A stretch of 49,151 nt of DNA, the filler included, from Basidiobolus ranarum (lineage: Eukaryota), in NCBI GenBank assembly GCA_040143965.1. It is 2 parts of 2 records of this genome, joined end to end, with 100 filler letters (N's around TTAATTAATTAA, not from the genome) between each part and the next. Parts side by side here need not be neighbours in the genome. Positions count along the whole stretch, not along the records: positions 24,653 to 49,151 come from JASJQH010000151.1; 1 more part is not named here. The stretch is one strand, 5' to 3'. The notes under the pieces were generated by a model. That model was given only the letters and a program-made list of their open reading frames with translations. It ran no database searches and had not been told where the DNA came from. Of the stretch, positions 36,738-49,151 are shown one piece after another. The first letter of the stretch is position 1. Each line of letters begins with the position of its first letter. Position numbers and translations under genes: made by a program.

Positions 36738-39181
36738 TGGCAAAAGGTATCTTTAATGGTAACAAGATATTACTTGTATTCTATATACTGTCTGCTAGTG
36801 ACCAAGTGACACTGATGATAGGTGAGGATGGGGAAATCACTTGATTTTGGTAACAAGAAAAAATCCAACTTGCGAAATTAGGCAACTCTTATATTTGTTA
36901 GAAAAGGATCTACTGTAACAGGTGCGGACTCTTCCTTTGTTAGAAGTCGTGTTGATTATTTTGAGGTGAATGTAATTCCATGTCCGCTCGGTAGCACACA
37001 AACTCGCATGTAACACTCAATCTTTGTTTCAAGTTTGTTTTTATGGGGTGTTGAGATTCTGATAAGCCGGGGTAATAGGTAAACACCTCGGATTTTTCAT
37101 CGGAATGATAGGTATCAAGCAGCACATCGGTATCGAATACTGACCTTACGATAAGTAGTGTAAAGTTAGATGATGGTACCGCCACTCCCATTTTGCAAGA
37201 TCACATGTTCATGTCCTCACCAACGTTGGTATATATATATCTTGAGGGAAATGATGAGAAAAACCAACCAACACCAGCAACGATACTATACCGCTTGACT
37301 CTGAGAGAAGTTTGACCCCGACGACCATATCTTTTGTATCAGAAAGTTCAATAATGTATCAGGTGTGCTTTTATCAGTCAAATGCCATTTCTCTACTCGA
37401 TGATGTGCACATTAAGATTATCGGAGCCAGAAGATGAAGTTCTCACGACGATTATCGTCAATGAAATACCCCCCCATCTACTAATACTTGGTGTCTGCAG
37501 GTTTCATTATAATCATGGAATTTCCCCTCAATAAGTGAATGCATTAAAGGCTTTCTAGCAAAACATTACAATTCTGTGATGAACGATACATCACCTCCTC
37601 CTCTCACCAAGTTGCCTGTATGACACCACAGTGATTTATATGGAACTCCACAAACAATACAAGCACTTATTATCATATTACTGAACTTCCCATTAGTCCA
37701 ATACGAAACAATTGTTGGCTAATCTTTGTGATAATAAACATTATTTGTCAGCTTAGCTCATCCAGACGTCCGAGATATGAACGAGTTTCAATTTAAACCG
37801 GTATATAAGATATACACAAACTATCCATTGGTGGATTGGTGGAAATGGAAACATTGAGATTGATGATGTGGTTGGATTGAAAGGTTCTGGTTTCTTCTGG
37901 GAACCGGCTTTTGACGGCATAGATGTCATTCTTTATTCAGCACATATCTGGAATATGCAAACGTGAAGTAACCTACACCAAGTCTAATGCTATGATTAAC
38001 AGTAGTATTATCAGCTGCGTGTAATCATGCTTGCACTTCTTCGCATTACTCGTACATGCACTGCTTCAATGTGCATTTTCTCAACACTCGCCATACCTTC
38101 AGGTTAAAGCAAATGCTTATGTCGAATGCAAGTGCAAATCTACATAATCCAAGATATATATGTAAATACCACATCAAATGCAAGCGGATATTCTACTGGA
38201 CTCTATGGGCTATTCAAAATCCATGGCGTTTCCATTATTTAAGCAAATAATGCGCATGATGTGGAAGTTGGTTTAATTTTAGACATCACCATGGTTTCCT
38301 CAAACTCATTAATCATGCAGACGACGTCTGTCTACCTCATAAGCATCAAATAATCAATTTGCGAATCAAACCTTTTCTTTTGGAAATGATGGGCTTTTGC
38401 AGGTCAATTATTAATCTGCTACCTGGTGTTGCGTTGAACGAATCCTTCACCTCTATATACAGATACAATGTGTGCTTGAAATTGCGTGAAAACGATCAGT
38501 CTTGTTTCAAGTAGGTAATGCAGGCGGTATTTGCTATGGGCAATTCTATAATAACGCCTACGTCGTTTCCAAGGAAATATCCATCTTTTTTGTGAGGTTT
38601 TTCCAAGTTCAGATGAATAAAATAATCGGGGTTGGCGCCAACTTTATATCTCTTCATGCCAACTCCTCAACTGTTCAATTGAGTAAGATTGCTGTTTGTG
38701 AGGTTAGACTGTTCGACGTATCAGAGAAATTCGAATAAACCTTGGTTTGTGAGCTGAACGAATCACCTTTCTTGCATAAACTGCACCTTCTTAAAAGAAT
38801 CAAATGGATATGCATCAACCGCGCATCTCAGTCAATTACTTTCTTCCATAGTTTACTTGTTTTTCAGATGCTGTCATGTCTGGCCAATGAAGATTAGAGC
38901 ATAAGCTGAAGTTCAATGTTCGATAAATATTCTATCCTGCCATTAAGATCCGGCATCTTTCTAGGCGCCTAGTAATGAATGCCTGTCTTTTTGGAGTTTG
39001 ATGAGGTTTCAAAAGGCTCAGACATATTAATGAATCTACATTACTTTTCTGAATGCTATTTAAATAGACCAGACCTCAGCGGAAGTTATCAAAGTAGTTT
39101 AATCAACCACCACACCGAAAGCCGACTCTTTTTCGTATAACGCCAGTATAGTATTCATCATTACTTCTCACTAGCCTAATC

Positions 39182-39760
39182 ATGGAAGCAAGATACAAGT
39201 CATCGAAGATTAGCTTCAAGACAACCCTCCCTCCCATCAATCGAATATTGTCAGGTGCCGAAATGGTGAACAGTCTTCGAGAGATGGATTCGCAATACAA
39301 AGTGAACTACACCAACTGGGTAACAGATGAGAGAAATGTCATTGATATCGGGGCTAGATTCAGTCAACTAGTTAGCGATGAATACACAATACAACAGATA
39401 GGCAATGCCATGTTACTCTTGAGTAGAAATTGGAGTGATGCTGCGCGTCAATATCTATTCTATACCGCAACGTCTGATTGGGAGGAGTCCCGGAGAGAGC
39501 ATCTGTACTGGTATTTGGTGACACCTCGCAACCCCAAGCACATCATAACAGAGAGGGATTTCACTCCACAAGTATGCGATGTTCAAATAGCACGCACAAT
39601 CCTTAGAACCCATCCATACTATATACCTAGGACAGCGGACGTTAAGCCAATCTCGCCCACTTCTAATCGTAATAGGAGTGGTGCTATACGTATTTCAGTC
39701 TCCTCTTTATTAGCCTCCAACACAGATACTGTCAATCGCCCGAGAAGACGTGAGCGATAA
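39182..39760 (+). CDS. Hypothetical protein (192 aa)
   Basis: Intact ORF with TATTTAAATA near 39057; family not recognised. Confidence 0.6.
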   Translation: MEARYKSSKISFKTTLPPINRILSGAEMVNSLREMDSQYKVNYTNWVTDERNVIDIGARFSQLVSDEYTIQQIGNAMLLLSRNWSDAARQYLFYTATSDWEESRREHLYWYLVTPRNPKHIITERDFTPQVCDVQIARTILRTHPYYIPRTADVKPISPTSNRNRSGAIRISVSSLLASNTDTVNRPRRRER

Positions 39761-40696
39761 GAAGAGGCATAGTTTCATCTTTGTACATAGGTATCCAATT
39801 CCTTTCGCGTATTTATTTATTTTGCCAGTCGAACCACAAACGTGTAGAAGTCAGTTGATGTATGTACTTCCACCTCCTTTTGAAAATATCAATCATCGTT
39901 AAGAGATTCTCTTAAAATAATAGTCCCAGCAATAATTCTCTACCTAATTAAACCCACTGGATGGTAATAATCGGTTAAAAATAAATCTAATAAATCTTTT
40001 CTACTCAAGAATCGTTGATGGAGCACCTATCAATTCAAAGAAAACAAACCGTCAAAAGCATACTCTCACGACCTATAATTAGGGCATTATGTGAGCCCGG
40101 TAAGAGTGGAAAAGTAATTACCCGTGAATACAGAGGCTACATATATATATATATAGTAATTTCACTCCTCTATTTGAAAGCATGGCGATATGGTGAGGAA
40201 TCTTTCGAATTTCCCAATTATGATGGGAAAGGAAGAGCTATCCTCTGAGAATACAAAGAGATCCCTGTCGCAAACTATGCAACATACTCCTGGTGATTAT
40301 CAAACCATGAAACTGATGGATACTGTGATAGATTGAACTGCTTTATAGACACTTAGGATGTAGCATGGCTATGGAACAAATAGGGGTAATGGAGCCGCGA
40401 GAGATAAATTCACGACTAATTAACATGGGATTTTGAGGTAGAAACGGACAAGAATTGACAATAAGGTAGAGGATGTAGATGTAGCGAAAGTAGGAATTAA
40501 GCAAAACTTAAGAATCGGATGATATTTGGAATTTTATAATAAAAAGAGTAAGTAGAGGAGGGTAATGGGCTAGAAATCAAATGGAATAATAGTATGGATT
40601 CCAACATGCTAGATCTGCTAGGTTCAAAAAGAAGGTTATGGATAAATGGAACTGACCATCGTACACCTGGCTTTACACTGATAACCCGTCATAGTG

Positions 40697-42005
40697 TTAC
40701 ATAGAATTGCGTCTGATTAGAACATTGTCTTCACTAAACACATCATCATCTTCATCGAATTCCGATATAGGCGGGTTTCCAAAGTCGATCCGAGGTCCTG
40801 GCAGCAAAGACTCCATGGTAAGTGTAATTTGACGACTGGCCAACTCGACCAGGTAACGATCCAATAGCAGCACGCCCAGAGTGAAGCATAATGTCCAGTA
40901 TATCATGGAGAACAGGATTGGTTGATTGCTTGAGAGTGTTTCATCGTCATTAAGAAATTTACTTGTTTTGAGTTGATAAAGATCGAGGCTATCATGTTGA
41001 GAATGGGAGTCTAAATTTAGATTGGGCAAAATCATCTTGCGTCGTATCTCATATGGTTGATTCTCAATACCATTGCGAACAAACTGGCACCACACCTTCA
41101 GTTCATCGACCTCTGGTATCGAATGTGCACTTTGCTCCGTGACAGAAACGGTGTTCGATTTTCTAAATAAACCATCCCGTTTGGCTGCAAAGTCGTCTCG
41201 AATCGGTGATACTAGACAAGCACTAGATGCAAGCTCCTCGTCCGACTCTTCATGATAGCTAACTTCGTCCGCCTCAGGCAGTTTATCAATGGCTATTTTT
41301 GCGTCGCTCAACAAATGCTCCAACATGTTACACACACGATCAAAGCCGGAGTCATCACACTCACCTACATCAGACAGGACTGAAGATTCACAGCTGATAC
41401 GATCCTCCGAATGCTCATCATCAGCACCTGACTTGAACTTGACATTAGAACACACGAGATTGTACAGATTTCCTACTTTCATGACTTACCACCATCGATA
41501 ACTTCGGACTTGTTCGTGAATTCCGAGGGTGAGCGTCATCCTCGTTGGATCGATTGGAACGACTAATTCTAGAAACATACCGCTGGAATTAGATGTTACT
41601 AATTCCACGAATCACTCACACTACAAATTGATACTTACTCGCTCAATTGACCTTTCACATCTAAATAGGCAAAATTTTGAAACTCCAGCATTGTATGCAT
41701 AGAAGAGCACAATGTCTCTAAATGTACCATCTGAAGACAGAAATGATTCAAAAAAAGAGTATTTAGGTATATGATTTAACATATTCACAATCATCGAATG
41801 TTTAGATACAGTTTGAGGCACTAACTTTGTCCAGCATAGGATTATCCTTTTCCGAGGTAGTTGGTGAAGCTGTAAAGCTGTCTAATTTTAAAACCGGTGA
41901 ATTTGTGGCAGAGTACTTGTGAACCACCTCAGAGTATGCCGGTGGTGGTAGCTCCATGTCAACTTTCCCAGATTTAGTGTCCATGGATTCTGCGTTATTT
42001 TCCAT
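40697..42005 (-). CDS. Hypothetical multi-exon acidic protein with N-terminal PPAY motif and one C-terminal TM segment
   Basis: Long last exon ending 40697 with ILFSMIYWTLCFTLGVLLL; upstream ORFs flanked by GTAAGT donors (41638, 41489). Junctions and start not resolved. Confidence 0.55.
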
Positions 42006-45000
42006 TAAAGCTGGAGTGACCAAGAAAGATATAATGTCACTTCAATTCTTAGAAAGGACTTCAATAGAGGGCTTCTATAAGTGGAGCGAAACCGTTGTTT
42101 ATGATATATATTATGGGAGCTTTCAGGGGTTATTAACACCTCAATTTGTCAGCTAGCGAGGACAAGAGCTGGTTAGAGGTATTTCGTATCTTCTATTGAA
42201 GAAAGAGTAAAGCCAAAGAATTAAGGACTTGTTAAATCGGTATCGTATTGCCGTTAAGTTTTAAACTTTTTCTCCAATGGCACCGTTTGTGGTTTTCTCT
42301 ACTGTTTCTTATGTACTTCGGTAACTTGATTTTTTTTCGAAACGGAATATATGTGCCCCCAAACGTGACAGTTTTAAATGAACTCGTAGTGATATCCGAG
42401 AGTGAAGATAATGAGAAGTATGGTTTTCGAAGGTAAAGCAAGGTTGGCTCAGACCGCCGAGTTATATTTAGATTATTTACTTTGGTTAAGTTTCCTACTA
42501 CGTTATTGTTTCGTTTAGAGAACTCACACACACATATGCACACACACTAAATCACAAACAGAAAGGGTGAAGTGACTTACAGAAGATTTGGTCGAGGGAC
42601 GAGCAAAAGGAGTGGGCTCTTTCAGTAAGTTGTGCTGAAAAGGAAGAGATTGTTTACTCTAATATGGCGGGAAAATAGATGAGAAAAGAGAGGTAGATAT
42701 TCTAGGTCAAAACAGAGTAAGGATAAAGAAATGACTTAATGAATTTTAAGAAAAAATTCGCACATGTGAAGTTTTCTGAAGCTCTTAGTATGTAGTTAAA
42801 GGTACATTTAAAAACCAACAAAACTACAATCATACATGGAAATATTAATCTTTACTATAAAACCAAGTATTAATTCATTTGCATCAGAACAACGTAGATT
42901 GCAGGATTGATCAGTAAGAATCAATTGATTTCATGCAAATACCTTGTTCCATCTCACATGCGTACAAATCCACCCAAAAAGATGAAATTCGTTGATATTC
43001 CATTCCTTGACGTTTATCTCATCTTCATGCAATGGTGAGTTCTCTTTTCATGTGAAGTAATTAGCAATTTCAATTTCTGTAGCTCGCACTCAACCGGATA
43101 TTTCCCCAACTCGAATTTCCTGCTCCACCATGAGGTGATTGATTTGCCTTTGACTGGAAATCATGATTTAAGGGTATCAAGCAAGTCCATAGTTAATGAA
43201 ATCACCATCTCCATAACTCTTAAGCTCCATTCAATATTCTGTAGCAGAATCTATATCCAAGCAATATAAAGATGAGGTAATACAAGCTGTTGAGATAACC
43301 AATCGACGAGATCAAAACCGACCACATCCCGTGAAAAGGAGAAAGCTAAATGATGTAAAGCATCGGCTAGGCTTAAGCAACACGCAGAAATGATTTCTTT
43401 GTTACACTAAGGTTGTTTGTGTCAGTGAATTTATTATACTGCTTCTTTGACAGAGTTTGTACGCTCAATATGGACACTTATCACCATGTCAATATCGATT
43501 CCACTGGATATTTAATGATCAATCGTATCCAAGGATCTCATAGTTCAGCTCACTTACACGTGATATTGGGACGGCATCTCTGATGTTACAGATAAACAAG
43601 CAACGCCAGAGTTTGAAGTTCTTTCTACATCAGTGATACATGCAATCCTGATTCAAATGAAGGTATTCCACAACTGGTTAGGAATCCAGCATTGGTTCCC
43701 ATCCCATCATGCTTGTTTGAGAGAGGTCGAACTACAAGTTGCAGAAAACCGAGCATTGCCGCACATCTCTAACATAAGCAATTTCCCGTTGAAGCCAAGA
43801 CGATTTAAAATATAGCAGTGGCTGGGCCTAAGACCCAACTTTTCATTCAACTGGATTCAAAGCATACGTATGTGGAACCAACTGCGTTGGAGTGGACGTA
43901 GTTACAGATAAGCACTTGTCCATCTGTTGAAGAATCGATATATCCAGAATAGAGGAATGCTTCCATTTTGGGGATCTCTCGAACACAACAAACTAGTAGA
44001 TGATCTTCTCTGGGTAGTTTAAGTTGAAATCAAGTGTCAATAGTACTCAGCAGAACATTTGAGTAGTACACCAGGTTGGATAGTAGCAACGTAACGAAAA
44101 GAATATACGTGTAAGACGTTCGGTAAACATATGGGAGTCTATTTAGATAAATCAGGTCTGGTTAGTAGACCTGTAAATCCCCTTAACTTATGCATATGGA
44201 CCTGAGCCAATAGAGTTGAATTCAGACATCAGGAGCACTCTTCATCATCATAGTCACAACGTTGGTGGATAGAAGTCATGTTTGATACAAGCCAGTTTTC
44301 CAGAAGAGTTGGGGGAGTAGGTAGCTCTATTAGCGAGAATACAGATTCAACTGGATCCAAATCCGCATGCGAAGTTCAATCCATGAATCATTGATAACCT
44401 ATTACTCATGGGTCGGGTCTTTGGTAAGAGATTTTGAGTAATTAGACCTCAATGAGCACTGTTGGTATTAAGCTAAAGTAACTAGCTTATCTGTGCATAA
44501 GCTTAAATAATCACCCAAATGCCCACATATCACTCCCTGGCTATAATAGCTTCGTTCCCGGGCTTGAGTGTATTTTATAAAGGAGTATAGATATTCTGGT
44601 TTAATGCAAAATAAGTAGCCATAGGATATACTTGATATGCAGATCTATCCAAGCATTTCTAGATACTTGGACATTCGCCCAATAGATGTAATATATATTC
44701 GAGAAACTGATTCTTTTGAAGACTAGTTTGACAATCTTGAGCTATTTTGGAAGATCAAAAGCCAGCTAAGAAAAGCGTTGATCAGGTGATGCATCCAATG
44801 ATATCTGATATCTCTTTCCATAGCGCGAGTGATGAGTAGCTTTGTCCTTTCACCTCAGTTATTGATTAACGGTGAGACTTTATAACAAAGGGATGGAGGC
44901 AGGTACAGAGAGTTCTTTTCTATCTTGCTAGCGGTGGAAGTATCTTGGTCATTAAATAATCCAACGAGTGTCAATATAGAACGCTCATTTTTCTCTGTAA

Positions 45001-45354
45001 AACTAAAACCTTCCAGAAGATAACTCTGCAATTATTCTCTGCCAAAGGTATTTTACACTGCAAAATTCTCGAGTAGAGTTATTCAAAAAGAGTTTGATAT
45101 TGTTCAGACCATCTAAGAATGAATGGAATTTTGCAACCGACTCCGTGAGAATTATAGTATGTGAAGGAATTCAGATCCATGTCTGGCATATATGTATCTT
45201 AAATGATACTAGCTTGGTTTTCTCTATTGTATTTATATCCATACTTTAGCATTTCACCTCAGTTATACACCACAATATAGTGAGCATCGGTCAGTATAAA
45301 GAGCTCAGAAGCAGCCCTCTAAATGTATAACTTAACCTCGCTTTTTAGGTGACC

Positions 45355-45379
45355 AGATTAGATTAGATTAGATTAGATT
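45355..45379 (+). repeat. (AGATT)5 microsatellite
   Basis: Five perfect units. Confidence 0.9.
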
Positions 45380-46210
45380 CAATTGTTATTTTAAAAGGAT
45401 AGTAATTGCAGAGACGCCCCATTTCCTCATGTACTGCTTATTTACTAAACAACCAATAAATGGATACCAAGATCGATATTAAGAATCCAAACATGAGAAT
45501 GATGCTAGAGTACATAGCAAGTCGACCGTACATTACTCATAATGAGTGCAAATAACCTCACATTAATAGCGGGATTGCTGTGTTGGGTACAACCGCATTC
45601 GATAAATCAAAGAGGCCTAGCGAAAACGATTGCGTATATTCTCTGCAACTACCAGAGCTGAACCATCTGTATTAGTATTATTATTATTAGCAAGTTCTTG
45701 ACAAGGCAAGTGATATACAGTTCGAGAAACTATTGAATCCATATGGTTACGTTTTTCACTATTACTTTAGCAACATCAGACAGTTCATCACGGCCGAAGA
45801 AATCACTGGTTCTTATCTTGCTTTGATGGTGACTTTGAGTGCCAAAGTCTTCTTTTTTCTTAACACAAATAGGCTTGTCAAAGCACTCAATATCGTAATC
45901 CTGAACTGATGAAGCTTGCCTACAATCAGCCACATGCCTGATAATTCCAGGGATAGATCGCATTCAAATCAGGAAAACCGACTCTCTTGTTCAAGCTTCA
46001 CTAGGAATTGGTTGACAAGAATAAGCTATGAAGATATGTGCTTTTTATTACATTGAATTTAAGGGCAAACAAGGAATTTTGAGCTAAGAGATTTGAAAGT
46101 GAATCAAACATGGAGTGGCAAATGATTAATAATGTATAAGAAACCAATGCGACATGCGTTTTCTGCGGAAACAGTGCTTTCGAGTTGAAAAATAAATGCA
46201 ATTTTCAAAT

Positions 46211-46897
46211 TCATTTGGATGGTGCAGGGATATCAGGTACTTGTGGCATAATAGGACGGTTTTGCTCAGCAAACATACGAGTCATGGCAATACCAAGACC
46301 TTCGATCATAGCCAGTAGAACCCGACCAACAACAGCAGAAGTGGCAGCAGCTTTGAAACCACCTAGAAGAAAATTATGAATACCTCTTTAAAACGTTTGT
46401 ATTTCCTACGGATACTCTACCTCTAGCAGCCAAAACACCACCCGTCAAAGTACCAGATAGAATCGAGTTCCATGGATCTTCCTTTTGACGAATACCTTTG
46501 AAAGCGCAATCAAAAGTGGAAAAAAGACCACCCCATACAGCGAAATTACCTAAATAAGAGGGGTAAGCACCTTGAGGTCAAGTGATATACAAAAACACAC
46601 GCTAGCTATACCTCCAAGTACTGGAGCGCGAGCTTTGACAGAGGTCAGGGCACCAGTTAAACGTTCTCCTCGAGGAGAATTTTTGATTCCTTTGACGGAA
46701 TGCCAGATACCACCACCAACGGCACCCATTACAAAAGCACCACCGATATCATTTAGAATAACCCATGGGCTACAAGAGTTGGAAACGGAGTTCAAATGAT
46801 ACAATACGCTGAAGTCAGTATGTAATACATAGAAATATTCAAGAACTATTAAAATAAGGTACCAAGGATCTCTGGAATGATCTGAACTTCTAGGCAT
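46211..46897 (-). CDS. TIM17: Mitochondrial inner membrane translocase Tim17; exons 46897-46863, 46769-46612, 46549-46421, 46362-46211
   Basis: [64 protein letters not shown]. Confidence 0.96.
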
Positions 46898-47596
46898 CTT
46901 GAGGGTATAGGAGATAAAGATGTAATGTAGTAGGCTGAACGAGGAGGCCGAAGCTTTCGAAATACACTTTTAAGCGAGGTTTGCGCGATTTTTTTGAATG
47001 AAAAGTTTGCAAAATGGAAGCACAAATTTAGTTTAAATTCATTATTTAACTAAATTCTTATTATAGCTTGATTCGCTTTGATCAGCAATTAGGTCCAAAA
47101 AATCCCGAAATCACGTTTTTTTTAGGGATGATGGAGAGTGGGATTGGTAGGTTTGCAGAAACCTTAGTTTAAATTGCGGATAATGCCGTTTTGATAATCT
47201 TATTTTGCTTAAGCGAATAGCCATATGTCATTGCGGAATTTGAGCCTTGTCTTGGAAATTCTTAGATAAGATTATTTGCAGTATGGATAATTGCATATGT
47301 AGGATCTTCCCTTCTCCTTATCATCAAGTCTAATGATAGTGCTTATGGAAGTCCTTTAAATTTGGAGTAGGTACAATCTGCTCAGAGCAGTGTTTGATCT
47401 ACATACATTTTCTCTACTTCACATAGTCTGTGGTTCTCTTTTACACACGAATTTTCTCGCGATTATTCATTGGGAATTTTCTGTAACTGAGGCAAGGATA
47501 TGATTACGGGCGGGGTCAAAGTAAGTTGTAACTTCGGGTGCTTACAATGTTTTACTTGACTTTTATGTAATTCACAAAGATATAGTAAGTTTCAAT

Positions 47597-47945
47597 TTAC
47601 AAGTTCATGGTTTGCGGTTGATTTTGTTCTGTGCTTTCAGCGCTATTTGTAAATATAAAAATCAATTAAAAACCAAAAAAAACGCGACTGGACAGGTCCA
47701 TACCGTAGTTTCCGAGAAAAGTCATCTTCAACATCTTCGTCGTCCCAGTTATCCTCCCATTAGTGGGTGCCTTGATCTTCTTCAGTGGAATTCTAAAGTA
47801 ATTGATTAGTGCGTTTTCAGGATTATAAAAACATCAGGATACCTTCAGCGGGGAATTCTTCAAACTCGCCTTCCTCTAAAGCATCCAGACGAGGGGCTGC
47901 CTGTATAGATTTAGAAGTTTCAAAAGTAGGTGTGCTGGAAGTCAT
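47597..47945 (-). pseudogene. SEM1: SEM1/DSS1 copy with splice-phase frameshift and internal stop; exons 47945-47843, 47792-47704, 47642-47597
   Basis: LEEGEFEEFPAE, WEDNWDDEDVEDDFSRKLRAE. Exon 1 ends in phase 1 but the conserved frame of exon 2 starts in phase 0 (D-W codons missing); TAA at 47762-47760 sits in the conserved frame. Confidence 0.85.
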
Positions 47946-48634
47946 ATTAGAGACTTCAAATGCGGATGTGTGTTGATAAGGTTACCGTCAGCACTTGACT
48001 TACAAATTAATCGATGCCTCCTTTCCTCCAACCAGGTAATTCAACAACACAAATCGATTGGATAAAAGAGAAATTGACGTAATAAGTTACCATCACTGTG
48101 GTTATTGGCAAATGAGAATAAAGCCTGGCTAAATTAGGCGCAAGTAGACAAATACTGACTGTTATAGCTTTACTTAAAATGGAAAGAACGAACTACAGAA
48201 GTCTAAGCCTCAGTTGTACAACATATAAGGTTGGATGGCCATACAAGCGCGTTCAACGACCCCTTTAAAATAGCCAACATAAATGGTAAATTGAGGCTAT
48301 TTCATCACACGAAATCAAGTTAGGCGACCGTCAGTTTGTTAGGTGAGACGGGCCTTCAGTATTCTATGACTTGGTGATTCGTATGGCAAGGGTTGTGTGA
48401 AAGAAACAAATTCTTGTGGAAGGCTGTAGCCACAATATCTATAGATTTATCTATAGAGATGGATCCTATCAAACATATACCGTTGATAATCACGAAAGGT
48501 TAAGTATCATGTGGCAAAAATCGGAGTAGTTTAGGCATATTTTTATCACCCATGCGAAAACTCAACGATAATTCCATCATTACTCTTGTTTCTTCATTTT
48601 CTCAGTACGAATCACTTTGTAATTTCTTCCACAG

Positions 48635-49151
48635 ATGGTAAATCATATGGCGCTCGAGGAGGTAGTATTGGAATCAAAGAGTGACTATGGTTTCAAGCTG
48701 GTGTATGATGGTATGCAAATAGAAAACTTGTACTTTTAAACATTTTCTCATTTTAGTTTCGTTTCTAATGCACTGCAAAATGTATAGAACCATCGATATT
48801 ATGTAGATATTTACAAATAAACAACGTAGTGGTTGACCAGGGCGCTGATATTTCTTTACTTACGGAAGGGAAGTGGGTTCATTTCCAAGTGTTAATGTGC
48901 ACACCAGTTAAACAAGGCTTGGTCAATGAGAAGACTAAGTTTATCTTATCTTCCAAGAGGAAATTGTCTAGTTTGAGAATCATAAATGAGGTGAAACAAG
49001 GCGAAGTGGATGTGAACTACGAGTATTTGGTTGATACAGGGGCTATGAAGGGTACTGGTTGTTTCTTCCCTTCATTCGATTCTGAAGAAGAAAAGTATGA
49101 ATTCCCTGGGAAGCAAAGGAGAAAGACTGTCAAACTTTGTGCAGGTTCATT
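48635..49151 (+). CDS. Partial gene running off the window, resembling the PEX6 N-terminal region; exons 48635-48710, 48788->49151
   Basis: Frame open to window end; ALEEVVL and VVDQG..FQVLMCTPVKQGLVNEKTKFI resemble my recollection of fungal Pex6 N-domains; GTATGC..TAG phase-1 intron in frame. AAA domains not visible. Confidence 0.4.

Noticed and set aside
36940-37191. 83-aa ORF with upstream (TA)n
   Set aside because: No motif or homology cue; may be chance.
43200-45963. Short frames (PVKRRKL segment, ORF 45730-45963) and a 16-nt near-repeat at ~43845/44345
   Set aside because: No recognisable family or coherent splice model; the repeat is too short to interpret.
1-49151. tRNA, rRNA, CRISPR arrays or prokaryotic operons
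   Set aside because: No cloverleaf, rRNA motif or regularly spaced repeat seen by eye; spliceosomal introns show the DNA is eukaryotic.

Overview
Eukaryotic, AT-rich, intron-containing DNA (most GT..AG introns are 55-90 nt). It looks like an early-diverging fungus; Zoopagomycota such as Basidiobolus is an inference only. The window is two contigs joined by an artificial 100-nt N/TTAATTAATTAA linker at 24553-24652. Housekeeping genes: hotdog thioesterase, IST1, mitochondrial glutamate-type carrier, a partial aldo-keto reductase, TIM17 and a probable PEX6 5' part. There is also a KDM3-like JmjC protein that has lost all three iron ligands, two tandem microproteins sharing a TNEVHDA motif, a degenerate R-SNARE next to a spliced tail-anchored gene missed by the ORF track, a secreted I9 inhibitor and a GNAT. 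Two paralogous 7TM genes share an intron position. A minus-strand run of cell-surface genes contains Kre9/Knh1-like Ig, Ig+CBM18, a secreted repeat protein and a tyrosinase. A Ty1/copia 3' end lies in a 1.76-kb CpG desert, and there are decayed copies of SEM1/DSS1 and PHO89. All gene models, family calls and counts were made by eye; no database search was run.
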